DNA of 64,000 nucleotides, from positions 160,001-224,000 of the forward strand of contig CAVRVY010000004.1 of assembly GCA_963724765.1 (NCBI GenBank). Reading direction: 5' to 3'. Source of the stretch: an uncultured delta proteobacterium. GTDB taxonomy: Bacteria > Desulfobacterota > Binatia > Binatales > Binataceae. This document shows, in pieces, positions 23,076 through 31,336 of the stretch. Within the stretch, counting starts at the first letter, position 1. Every line of letters begins with the position of its first letter. The notes below the pieces were generated by a model that had not been told where the DNA came from, did no database searches, and saw only the letters and a list, made by a program, of their open reading frames with translations. Position numbers and translations under genes: made by a program.

Positions 23076-23240
23076 ACCCACGATCTGGTCGGTGTCGAGT
23101 ATCGGATAATCGCCCCTCAAGTGGGGACTAGGTGAATGTTGACACCCACTGAAAGTTGGCATAAAAAGAGTCGAGGACGGCTATGCAGGGAGGTTCTGCG
23201 GGCGGGGTTCCCGCCCGGTTACAAGGGCCGCGAGTGGTTT

Positions 23241-23979
23241 ATGATTCTCCACGCTTACTTTGACGAACACGGGCACGATGGATCGTCCGTATACGCCATC
23301 GCTGGTTACGTCGGGACCGATGAGCAATGGAGCACGTTCACTGAAAAGTGGAGCTCTACCCTAGAGCGTCATTATGCATTCGGCCCGTTCCACATGGTCG
23401 AGTTCGAGGCTTCAGACATAGACAAAAAGAGCCAGTTCCACGGCTGGAGCAAGGATCAAAAGGACGCGCTGGCGAAAGAGCTTTTTCCGCTCATCCCTGA
23501 CAGCGGTGTGCGCGGATTAGGCCAAGCGATACTGATGGACGCCTTTAATGGCCTTTCGGAGAATGCACAGCAACGGTTACGCGATCCTTATTGGGGTCTG
23601 CTTCCACAACTGTATCGAACGACTACTGAAGGACATTCCAGAGGACGACAAGGTTGATTTGGTTTTTGATCGCAAAGACAAATACACTGGCGAAGCGCTG
23701 GATCGCTATAGATTTCTCAAGGATGACTGGCTGCCGCCTGCACAGGCGAAAAAGCTAGTGGGTTGTGCATTCAGAGACGACGATATCATTATTCCGCTAC
23801 AAGCAGCGGACGTTCTCGTTTATGAAACCGGCAAATTATTTGAGAACGCCTTTCGTAGGCCAGATTTATCGGAGAGAAAGTCACTGCAAGTTCTCCGTGC
23901 GCGACAAAACGTACAAATCGGAGTCTGGGACAGGGATAATCTTGCCGCAGAGTTTAAAAAATACAACTCCCTACTCTAG
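23241..23979 (+). pseudogene. DUF3800-like protein with a +1 frameshift at a G4 run (23593-23596)
   Basis: AYFDEHG N-terminal and PLQAADVLVY C-terminal motifs in different frames; removing one G joins DPYW|VCFHNC; start may lie further upstream. Confidence 0.7.
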
Positions 23980-24179
23980 CCACTGCTGGTAAGACACGCC
24001 CAAAAAATAGCGGCGACCACCGCGACGGCGCCTAAAACCAGCGGAATCGCACAGCCGATAAGGCCGAGCGCATCGCCCACTCCCATCGGGCCGGGATGGC
24101 TTTGGCCGCAATGTGGGCAGACCTTCGCTTTCTCTGAAACAGGCGCGTGGCAGGTTTTGCAGTTGACCAGAGCGGCCAC
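23976..24179 (-). CDS. Small zinc-ribbon plus TM passenger protein
   Basis: CKTC...CPHCG followed by a hydrophobic helix. Confidence 0.65.
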   Translation of the reverse strand: MAALVNCKTCHAPVSEKAKVCPHCGQSHPGPMGVGDALGLIGCAIPLVLGAVAVVAAIFWACLTSSG

Positions 24180-24185
24180 GAACGT

Positions 24186-24674
24186 TCAACGGCCGAAGCG
24201 GCATACATTAGAAATCAGGCGCTGAGAGATGTCCTCGCACGACGTGTAGGTTGAGCCATCATCACAATCAAATCGTAGTTCATCGTTCTCAGCGACCTTG
24301 ATAGCGAGATATCTGGCATCAACGCGCCTATAAGACGCGAGGGGACCGTACAGCCGAGATTCGACAATACTGATGTATCGCCCAGCATTGCTGAATTCTA
24401 CTTCAATTTTTACATAAGGCAGTCGAGCGGTTGCGGTTAATACAAACTTCGTATCGCTGAGCTCTAGAAATGCGCAATGGCATTCTGGGTTCGCCTTAAG
24501 TTCTCGGCGAAGCTTTTCTGAATCGATAGAGATTCGATGCTTCAACGAATCCCAAAAAAGCGGCGCCTTGGCGGCAATAATAGCGGCGTTGTGTAGGCGC
24601 AGCCTGTCTCGAATGATCGCCCGTTCGTCTTGCTCGCGTTGCTGGCTCTTTAGTGTCTCTATCCAGTCGCTCAT
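24186..24674 (-). CDS. Hypothetical passenger protein of IS1595 #3
   Basis: Open frame co-oriented with transposase operon; no recognised motif. Confidence 0.55.
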   Translation of the reverse strand: MSDWIETLKSQQREQDERAIIRDRLRLHNAAIIAAKAPLFWDSLKHRISIDSEKLRRELKANPECHCAFLELSDTKFVLTATARLPYVKIEVEFSNAGRYISIVESRLYGPLASYRRVDARYLAIKVAENDELRFDCDDGSTYTSCEDISQRLISNVCRFGR

Positions 24675-24698
24675 AGTTCCATCCGCCACCACGTCTTT

Positions 24699-24854
24699 TC
24701 ATTTAGCCCCTTCCCGAGAACGGAAAAGTGGCTTGATGGCCCGCTTGAATTTCTCAGGGTCGGCGTACGCGAGTTCCTGTCTTAGGCGCTCGTCTTCGGC
24801 GCGCGTTTTCTCTTTCAACCTGCTTGGCTGCTTCGATTTGGTCTTGCGAGGCAC
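24699..24854 (-). CDS. Small basic protein downstream of transposase #3 (51 aa, not in ORF track)
   Basis: MPRKTKSKQPSRLKEKTRAEDERLRQELAYADPEKFKRAIKPLF…; shares EKxRAEDxxLR……DxxKF with 19214-19381; TATGCT -10 box 6 nt before GTG. Confidence 0.72.
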   Translation of the reverse strand: MPRKTKSKQPSRLKEKTRAEDERLRQELAYADPEKFKRAIKPLFRSREGAK

Positions 24855-24886
24855 GCTGAAAGCATAGCGCTTTCAAATCGCGCCGG

Positions 24887-25825
24887 CTACTGAGCGCACG
24901 TCGTAATCAAGTCGGCAAACATGTTCTCGTTCTTTCGATTGTTAAAGCGATAGCTGAATTCGTTCAAATAGAAGGGCAGATACTTCTTGCTGACGTTATG
25001 GTAGTTGCCGACGATTCCGCGCTTCAGCAACGCCCAGAACGATTCGATTGAGTTTGTGTGAACGTTGCCGCGCACGTATTCGCCGCGCGCGTGGCTCACG
25101 GCCTGATGCGGCATGCCTGCGCGAACAAACTTATAAGCTGGATTCTCGTCAGTCGCGACGAGCGTAACTTTCTCGTCTGTGGCGCGGCGCACGAATGAAC
25201 CGAGAGTAGGAGCATCCATCGAGCCGATAACGCGGGCCACGACGTTGCCCTTGCGCTCGATAGCCCCGATCACGCCGACCTTCCCGAATCCAACGGCCTC
25301 GCCAAGCCGTTGCGCGCCCTTGGCCTTGCGTACCTGGGCGCTCTTTTTGTTCTTGTGACGATTGCGGTCTTTCCCGCCGATATAAGTCTCGTCAACCTCG
25401 ACTTCGCCGCTCAGTGGACGGTACATATCGCCAGCCATCGCAGCGCGCCAGCGCATGCACATGAACCAGCTTGTGTGATAGTCGTGCGTGGAATTCTCGC
25501 CAAACATCACGCGATGAATCTGAAGCGCACTCATGCCTTTCTTTGAAGTCAGCATCAGATAGCCGACCTTAAACCAAAGATCGAGCGGCTTCTTTGTATT
25601 CTCGAAGATCGTTCCGCTGATGACCGAGAACCGAAAGCCCTGACGCTTGCCGCAATCCTCGTTCTTGCAGACCCAATGAAAGGGCCGCGCCTTGAGCGCG
25701 TAGACCTTTTCCTTGCGATCGCAGCGGGGGCAGCGCACGCCGTCCGGCCAGCGCATTTGAACCAGAAAGCGACGGCATTGCTCGTCGGTTCCAAACTCTC
25801 TATCGAAGTCGCCGATGGTCTGCAT
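24887..25825 (-). CDS. IS1595-family transposase #3
   Basis: RWPDGVRCPRC, EVDETYIGG, VATDE, HTNSIESFW, YLNEFSYRFNNR; start placed at ATG 25825. Confidence 0.95.
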   Translation of the reverse strand: MQTIGDFDREFGTDEQCRRFLVQMRWPDGVRCPRCDRKEKVYALKARPFHWVCKNEDCGKRQGFRFSVISGTIFENTKKPLDLWFKVGYLMLTSKKGMSALQIHRVMFGENSTHDYHTSWFMCMRWRAAMAGDMYRPLSGEVEVDETYIGGKDRNRHKNKKSAQVRKAKGAQRLGEAVGFGKVGVIGAIERKGNVVARVIGSMDAPTLGSFVRRATDEKVTLVATDENPAYKFVRAGMPHQAVSHARGEYVRGNVHTNSIESFWALLKRGIVGNYHNVSKKYLPFYLNEFSYRFNNRKNENMFADLITTCAQ

Positions 25826-25831
25826 GCTCAA

Positions 25832-25860
25832 AGAATAGCGCTAAACGAGACGAGTGTCAA
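25832..25860 (-). promoter_or_regulatory. sigma70-type promoter of transposase #3 (TTGACA-17-TATTCT), likely leaderless
   Basis: -35 box at TIR positions 17-22; -10 box ends 6 nt before ATG. Confidence 0.72.
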
Positions 25861-25881
25861 CATTCACCTAGTCCCCCCTCA

Positions 25882-25909
25882 AGTTGACATAATATTTCTT
25901 ATGCGAAGC
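25882..25909 (-). other. dif: Chromosomal dif site (XerC/XerD recombination site)
   Basis: GCTTCGCATAA-GAAATA-TTATGTCAACT versus E. coli GGTGCGCATAA-TGTATA-TTATGTTAAAT (9/11 in each arm); intergenic; KOPS-like motifs converge on it. Confidence 0.9.
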
Positions 25910-26058
25910 CGTACTAATGCAAACCAAAATAAACCGCAGTTAGGCTGGGTGTCAATGCCGCGGCCGCCGACAGACTCCTTCCGGATGCGCTCGTCCGATG
26001 TGCGTCGGTGCGACCTGCTGGCGCGCGCGCTCGCGCGTCTCTATGATTGGGAGCCGTT

Positions 26059-27117
26059 ATGACTTCAAAGCTTCAATTGCGATCGATCATCGTTGCTTTC
26101 GCCGCGCTGCTGGCGCTCACACCTTATGGCAGTGCGGCGCGGGCCGCCTCGGCGAGCGACACTCATGCCAGCTCCAGCGACGGCGCTTCCCAGAGCGTGC
26201 AGGTGCAGATCTTTCTCCAGCGTCATTTCCGCCTGCCCAGCGCCGCCGACGTCGATGTTGGTCCGCCGCAAGCTTCATCGATTCCCGGATTTTCCGTCAG
26301 GATCGTCAAGCTGCATAACGACGCCGGTCAGTCGGCCACCTTCGTCCTGTACACCGACGCCGCCGGCAAGACCGCGATTTTGAGCGACGTCGAAGTCGGC
26401 GCGGCCTCGCCCGGCCCGGCGCACGGCCTGTGGAGCCGCCCACTGCGCCCGGCCAACGAGCCGCCAGGCGCCCCGGCCAAGTCGGTATTGATCACTGACT
26501 CACCCGGCAAAGCGATCGTTGGCACCGAAATGGATTTGACCAAGGATCCATGGGGACGTGTCAACCTTGAGAAGCTGCATCTCGACGACCGCGCCACGCT
26601 TGGGCCCGACGACGCGCCGGTGACGATCCTCGAGTTCGGCGATCTCGAATGCCCCTTCTGCGCGCGCGCCTTCAGTGAGATCGAGACCGTGGTAAACACG
26701 ACCTACAAGGGCAAGGTGCGGCTCATCTTCAAGCACTTTCCCCTGAACATCCATCCGTGGGCGATGCAGGCCGCGATCGCGGCCGAGTGCGTGCGCCGCC
26801 AGAATCCCAAGGCCTTCTGGTCCTTCGTCGGCGACGTCTATCGCGACCAGGGCGCGATCAACCCGCAGAATTTGCGCCAGCACGTCAGCACTTACGTCGA
26901 GAAGCTCGGATTGGATCAGCAGGTGCTCAATGCCTGCATCATGGCGCCGGCGGCCGAAGCCCAGGTTACGCAGGACCGCGACGACGGCACCGCAATCGCG
27001 ATCAATTCCACGCCGACCTTTCTGGTCAACGGAATCGAGTTGGTAGGGTTGCCCTCGGACAAGACCTTCGATTACGTGGTCAACTCCGAAGTGAAGCAGC
27101 ATCAGGCGAGCAAATAG
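26059..27117 (+). CDS. DsbA-family thioredoxin-fold protein, exported
   Basis: Signal peptide; EFGDLECPFC, FKHFPL, STPTFLVNG. Confidence 0.9.
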   Translation: MTSKLQLRSIIVAFAALLALTPYGSAARAASASDTHASSSDGASQSVQVQIFLQRHFRLPSAADVDVGPPQASSIPGFSVRIVKLHNDAGQSATFVLYTDAAGKTAILSDVEVGAASPGPAHGLWSRPLRPANEPPGAPAKSVLITDSPGKAIVGTEMDLTKDPWGRVNLEKLHLDDRATLGPDDAPVTILEFGDLECPFCARAFSEIETVVNTTYKGKVRLIFKHFPLNIHPWAMQAAIAAECVRRQNPKAFWSFVGDVYRDQGAINPQNLRQHVSTYVEKLGLDQQVLNACIMAPAAEAQVTQDRDDGTAIAINSTPTFLVNGIELVGLPSDKTFDYVVNSEVKQHQASK

Positions 27118-27165
27118 CAGCTTGAGTCACAAACCCATTGCAGGCTCAGCATGCAACAAGCCGAA

Positions 27166-27197
27166 GTCCCTCGACTCGCGGGCTCGCTCAGGATGAC
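27166..27197. repeat. REP-like half repeat (GTCCCTCGACTCG...GCTCAGGATGAC)
   Basis: Matches the right arm of the 12045-12163 repeat. Confidence 0.7.
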
Positions 27198-27211
27198 AGG
27201 CAGGAGTAAAC

Positions 27212-27245
27212 CGGCAGAGGGTCGCTCGCGAGCGGCCCTCTGCCG
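27212..27245. terminator. GC-rich hairpin between convergent genes, probable terminator
   Basis: CGGCAGAGGGTCGCT-CGCG-AGCGGCCCTCTGCCG. Confidence 0.65.
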
Positions 27246-27253
27246 AAAGCTCT

Positions 27254-27988
27254 CTAGTGTTTCGCCGGTGCGCTTGCCGGCTTGATGATCTTGACTAATG
27301 GCGGCGAAGGCACGGCCGCAGGCGCAACCCCGAGTTGGGCCAGCGTTTCCATCACGACCGTGCGCTCGGGAGCGTACGGATGCTGCGCCAGGAAATCGCG
27401 GTAGACCGCGATCGCTTCGGCGCGTTTGCCCTGCTTTTGCAGCATCCGCGCCACCCCCATCTCTGCCCTCGCCTGCTCAGGCCCTTCGATCTGTGAGGCC
27501 TGGCGATACGCGTCTTCCGCCTGCTTGTAGTCACCCAGTTCTTCGTAAGTTACCGCAAGGTCGTCGAGCGCCGCGCCGCGGAAGACCGAGGCATCGTCCT
27601 GGGACAGGTAACGCAGTAGCGTGTCGCGCGCCTTGGCGGGCTCTTTTTGCGCCAGGTAAGCGGTGGCCAGGTAAAGGTTTGCCAGCCGTCCGACCGCACG
27701 ATGCGGTTCGGCGGCGGCGAGGCTCGATAGTTCCTTCTCCGCAGTTTCGTACTTGCCACCCTGGAGCTCGCTCAGCGCCTGATCGAAGCGTGCGGAGGCG
27801 GCGCGTCCGCGCCGGACCTGGTAGTAGTAAAGGCCGAGCGCGATTGCGACGATCACGATCAGCGCGGCAGCACCGAGCAGGACCTCGGTCATGTGGAGCT
27901 CGAAGAAGAGCGCGGCGGTTTCAAAGATACTTTGAAACTCGTCGGGCTGCTTGAGCTCTTTGCGGCTTATCTTGTGGCGGGTCGCCAA
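27254..27988 (-). CDS. Membrane-anchored TPR protein (YfgM-like)
   Basis: RKELKQPDEF N-terminus, one TM helix, TPR helices. Confidence 0.78.
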   Translation of the reverse strand: MATRHKISRKELKQPDEFQSIFETAALFFELHMTEVLLGAAALIVIVAIALGLYYYQVRRGRAASARFDQALSELQGGKYETAEKELSSLAAAEPHRAVGRLANLYLATAYLAQKEPAKARDTLLRYLSQDDASVFRGAALDDLAVTYEELGDYKQAEDAYRQASQIEGPEQARAEMGVARMLQKQGKRAEAIAVYRDFLAQHPYAPERTVVMETLAQLGVAPAAVPSPPLVKIIKPASAPAKH

Positions 27989-28039
27989 TTGAGTCTGCGG
28001 ACGCGCCCGGTGCGGGGCGCGAGAGTCGTCGCAGCCAAG

Positions 28040-28573
28040 CTACATTTTGTACTTGAAGTCGTCGGGCGACATCCGCTCGAGAATCTCGGACCATTTGTCG
28101 CGCGAGACGCTGGCCAGGTTCTGATCGGCGCCGGACGGCTCGGCAGCCTGTTCATGCAGCTCGCTCGACATCTCGAGCACTTTCTTGGCCACATAGATCG
28201 GCGACTTGGTGCGCAGCGCAATCGCGATCGCGTCCGAGGGTCTCGAGTCGACCTCCATGTCGCGGCCCTCGCGGGTGCGTACCAGGATGCGCGCGAAGTA
28301 GGTGTTCTCGCGCAACTCCGTGACCTCGACCGCCTCGACCGTCGCGCCCAGGTCGCCGAGCACGTTGCGGATGAGATCGTGCGTCATCGGGCGCTGGGGC
28401 CGGATACCCTCGAGCTCGGTCGCCATCGAGGCGGCCTCCAGCGGACCGATCCAGATCGGCAAATTGAGCTTGTTGTCGGGATCCTTGAGCACCACGATAG
28501 GCATCTTGGTGGTGGGGTCGAGCGTCAACCCGCCCACTATCATCAGAATGAAATCTTCTCTGCGCGCAGCCAT
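28040..28573 (-). CDS. Bifunctional nuclease family protein (DUF151)
   Basis: LPIWIGPLEA, RPMTHDL, DSRPSDAIAIALR; start placed at ATG 28573. Confidence 0.9.
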   Translation of the reverse strand: MAARREDFILMIVGGLTLDPTTKMPIVVLKDPDNKLNLPIWIGPLEAASMATELEGIRPQRPMTHDLIRNVLGDLGATVEAVEVTELRENTYFARILVRTREGRDMEVDSRPSDAIAIALRTKSPIYVAKKVLEMSSELHEQAAEPSGADQNLASVSRDKWSEILERMSPDDFKYKM

Positions 28574-28782
28574 GATGAATATTTTTGCCCTGCCGCCCCG
28601 CTCTCCGGCAATTCCGCCTTCGCTCTCACGGCGGACGGAATCACCCCCGGCGCGAGCGCCCAAACGCCAGTAATGGCGGTCGTCGCGTCTTGAAATAATT
28701 TTGGACCAAACCCGCGCCGCGGTCAACCTGAGGTTGCGCCACAGCGCGCTGAGATTGCGACACAGCACGCCGAGCGCGGCGT

Positions 28783-30195
28783 TCAGCGCGTAACGAGATG
28801 ATCCACGACGCGGTAAAGCTGGTTGAGATTGCGGCACTCCTCGACCAAATCGCAATGCGGCGCGTAGCGTTCCATCTCGCTATCGCCGAAGCCCCAGGTG
28901 TTGCGGCTCTCTGGGTTGAGCCAGATGATACGGCGGGCACGCTGGCGGATTTCGCGCAGGCACCAGTCGTGCGGCAGATTGTAGTTGTTGCGCGCGTCGC
29001 CCAGCACGATCACCGTGGTGCGCTTGTTGACCGCTCCGATATGGTCGCCCACGAAATTACGAAAGGCGCGGCCGAAATCGGAATGCGCGTAAACGTTGAT
29101 GATATCGCCCTTGAGCGCGATGTCGAGCGCTTCCTTGATGCCGTTGGAGCGGAAGTGCTCGGTAACCTCGCCGATGTCGGAGACGAAGACGAAGCTGCGC
29201 ACCCGCGAATAAAGGTCCTGCAGCGAATAGACGAATTGCAGCATGAAGCGCGAGGCGTTGCGCACCGAGTCCGAAACGTCGCACAGGATGACCACCTGCG
29301 GCTTCTCGCGCCGGCGCTTCTCGAAGCGCAGCTTGAACGGCACTCCGCCATACTCCAGGTTCTGACGCAGCGTGCGCTTGATGTCGAAGCGGCCCTTCTT
29401 GGCATGCTTGCGGCGCACCGCCAGCACGTTCTTGAGGCGCTGCGCCAGGCGCGCCACCGCCTCCTTCATGCGGTCCAGCTCTTCGTCGCTCAGGTAGTAG
29501 AAGCTCTTGTCGGATAGCTGGTTAAGGCGCTGCTCCTCGCGCGCGCGCAGATCGCGCTTCTCGCGCTCCATCCGCACGTAGCGCCGGATGATGTCCTCGA
29601 GCGCCTTCAGCCGGCGGTCGAGATATTTCTCGAGCTGGGCCTTGAGCGCCGCGCCGTAGTCGAGCTTCTGAAGCTGCTCGCGCAGCTCGCGGATCTCCTG
29701 CTCCAGCTTGTCCAGCCCGAGCGCGCGCGCAAGGGCGCGGGCGAAATAGTTCTCTTCGATCGTGCGTTCGACGCCCTGCAGGCGCACGGCGCGGGCGGCC
29801 TCGCGCAGGCGCTTCTCAAGTTGGCCCGAGCGATCCTGCAGCAGCTCACGCGCCAGTTCCGAGAGCTTATCGCCCTGCTCCCTGAGCATCTCCTCGACCT
29901 GGTCGAGGAATTTCTGGAACTCCTGGTCGGACATCGAGAGCGCGTCCTGCACGCCCTGCCCGGCCTGCTTGATTATTTCGCCAAGGCCCGAGAAATAGAC
30001 GTCGAACAGCTCCTCGAAGAGCGGCAGCTCGCTCGCGCGCTTGATCATCGTGGCGCGCAATGCTCCGCGAAACGCGTCGCGCTCGCCCAGGCCGACCATC
30101 CCCGAGGCGGCGAGCGCGTCGAGCGTCTCGGCCAGCGATACGCGGACGCCGTTTTGCCGCAGCAGGTTGGCGAATTCGACCAGCTTGTCTTCCAT
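28783..30195 (-). CDS. VWA-domain CoxE-like protein
   Basis: MIDAS DVSDSV, VLGDARNN, WLNPE; follows a MoxR ATPase. Confidence 0.88.
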   Translation of the reverse strand: MEDKLVEFANLLRQNGVRVSLAETLDALAASGMVGLGERDAFRGALRATMIKRASELPLFEELFDVYFSGLGEIIKQAGQGVQDALSMSDQEFQKFLDQVEEMLREQGDKLSELARELLQDRSGQLEKRLREAARAVRLQGVERTIEENYFARALARALGLDKLEQEIRELREQLQKLDYGAALKAQLEKYLDRRLKALEDIIRRYVRMEREKRDLRAREEQRLNQLSDKSFYYLSDEELDRMKEAVARLAQRLKNVLAVRRKHAKKGRFDIKRTLRQNLEYGGVPFKLRFEKRRREKPQVVILCDVSDSVRNASRFMLQFVYSLQDLYSRVRSFVFVSDIGEVTEHFRSNGIKEALDIALKGDIINVYAHSDFGRAFRNFVGDHIGAVNKRTTVIVLGDARNNYNLPHDWCLREIRQRARRIIWLNPESRNTWGFGDSEMERYAPHCDLVEECRNLNQLYRVVDHLVTR

Positions 30196-30263
30196 GATAA
30201 TCCGCGGCTAACGCGCGATACGCGCGTGCGCCGCCAGTTCAGTCAGATCCCAGTTAGCAGGCC

Positions 30264-31241
30264 CTAGTTGAGTAAATCCTTGTCGCTCGCCGGGCCACCG
30301 GCCGGGCCCGCGTCGGCGCCGCGGCGCGCGCGCGCGCGGCGCACGTATTCTTTGAGTTCCTCCTGCGCCTTGCGCACGTCGCCCTCGTACTTGACGATCG
30401 TGTCGAGCGTCTCGGTGACCAGCTCTTGGTCGAGATTCTGCACGTTGAGCAGAGTAAGCGCTTTGACCCAATCGATGGTCTCGCTGATGCCCGGGCTCTT
30501 CTTCAGATCGAGCTTGCGCAGCGACTGCACCACCGTCACCACTTCGGCGGCAAGCTTGTCGGCGGCCTCGGGCGCCTTGAGCTTGATGATCGCGAGTTCC
30601 TGGTCGCGCTCGGGAAAATCAATATACAGGTGCAGGCAACGGCGCTTGAGCGCGTCGGACATCTCGCGCGCGTTGTTCGAGGTCAGAACCACGAGCGGAA
30701 TCTGGCGCGCCTTGAAGGTCCCGATCTCGGGCACCGTGACCTGGAAATCCGAGAGCAGTTCGAGCAGGAAGGCTTCGAACTCGGCGTCGGCCTTGTCGAT
30801 CTCGTCGATCAAGAGCACCACTGGCTTCTCCGAAGTGATCGCCTTGAGCAGCGGGCGCGGCAGCACGAAGCGCTCGGAGAAGAAAACCTCGTCCTCCTTG
30901 GCGATCCGATCGACGGCGGCGGCCAGGCCCTGCGCACCCGTCAGCACCTCGCTTATCTTGTCCTTTAGAATCTGCGTGTAGAGCAGTTGCTTGGCGTACT
31001 CCCACTCGTACAGCGCCTTGCCCTCGTCGAGCCCCTCATAGCACTGCAAGCGGATGAGTTCGTGGCCGAGCGCGAGCGCCAGTACCTTGGCGAGATCGGT
31101 TTTGCCGACGCCGGCCGGCCCCTCGACCAGGATCGGCTTCTTAAGCGCGGCGGCCAGATACACCACGGTCGCGATCCGGCGGCTGGCGATGTACCTTTGG
31201 CCGGCAAACCGCTCGATTACCTCTTCGATCGACGCAAACAT
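30264..31241 (-). CDS. MoxR-family AAA+ ATPase (CoxD-like)
   Basis: EGPAGVGKT, RLQCYEGLD, LLIDEIDK, DALKRRC. Confidence 0.92.
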   Translation of the reverse strand: MFASIEEVIERFAGQRYIASRRIATVVYLAAALKKPILVEGPAGVGKTDLAKVLALALGHELIRLQCYEGLDEGKALYEWEYAKQLLYTQILKDKISEVLTGAQGLAAAVDRIAKEDEVFFSERFVLPRPLLKAITSEKPVVLLIDEIDKADAEFEAFLLELLSDFQVTVPEIGTFKARQIPLVVLTSNNAREMSDALKRRCLHLYIDFPERDQELAIIKLKAPEAADKLAAEVVTVVQSLRKLDLKKSPGISETIDWVKALTLLNVQNLDQELVTETLDTIVKYEGDVRKAQEELKEYVRRARARRGADAGPAGGPASDKDLLN

Positions 31242-31336
31242 TCATCCTCCTGGGCGCTGCGGATACCCGCAAAGGCTGCCGCGCAATCCCTCTTCAATAT
31301 CATGAGCCGCTTGGGCATTAAAACCGTCCGCGGCGC

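Larger units (their letters stand above)
21069..23114 (+). mobile_element. IS1595-family cargo transposon #2 (ISNwi1-like GGnnATTAT ends)
   Basis: 28-bp TIRs GGCGATTATCCGGCGCTTGACACCGACC / GGCGATTATCCGATACTCGACACCGACC (24/28); flanks AATCAAGT and CCTCAAGT. Confidence 0.9.
23123..25876 (-). mobile_element. IS1595-family cargo transposon #3, directly beside dif
   Basis: Perfect 23-bp TIRs GGGGACTAGGTGAATGTTGACAC (23123-23145, 25854-25876); perfect 8-bp target duplication CCTCAAGT (23115-23122, 25877-25884). Confidence 0.95.

Noticed and set aside
15954-25909. Prophage, integron or composite transposon explanation for the island
   Set aside because: No phage structural or replication genes, no tyrosine integrase, no clear attC sites; each IS1595 has its own TIR pair and the three are not identical copies.
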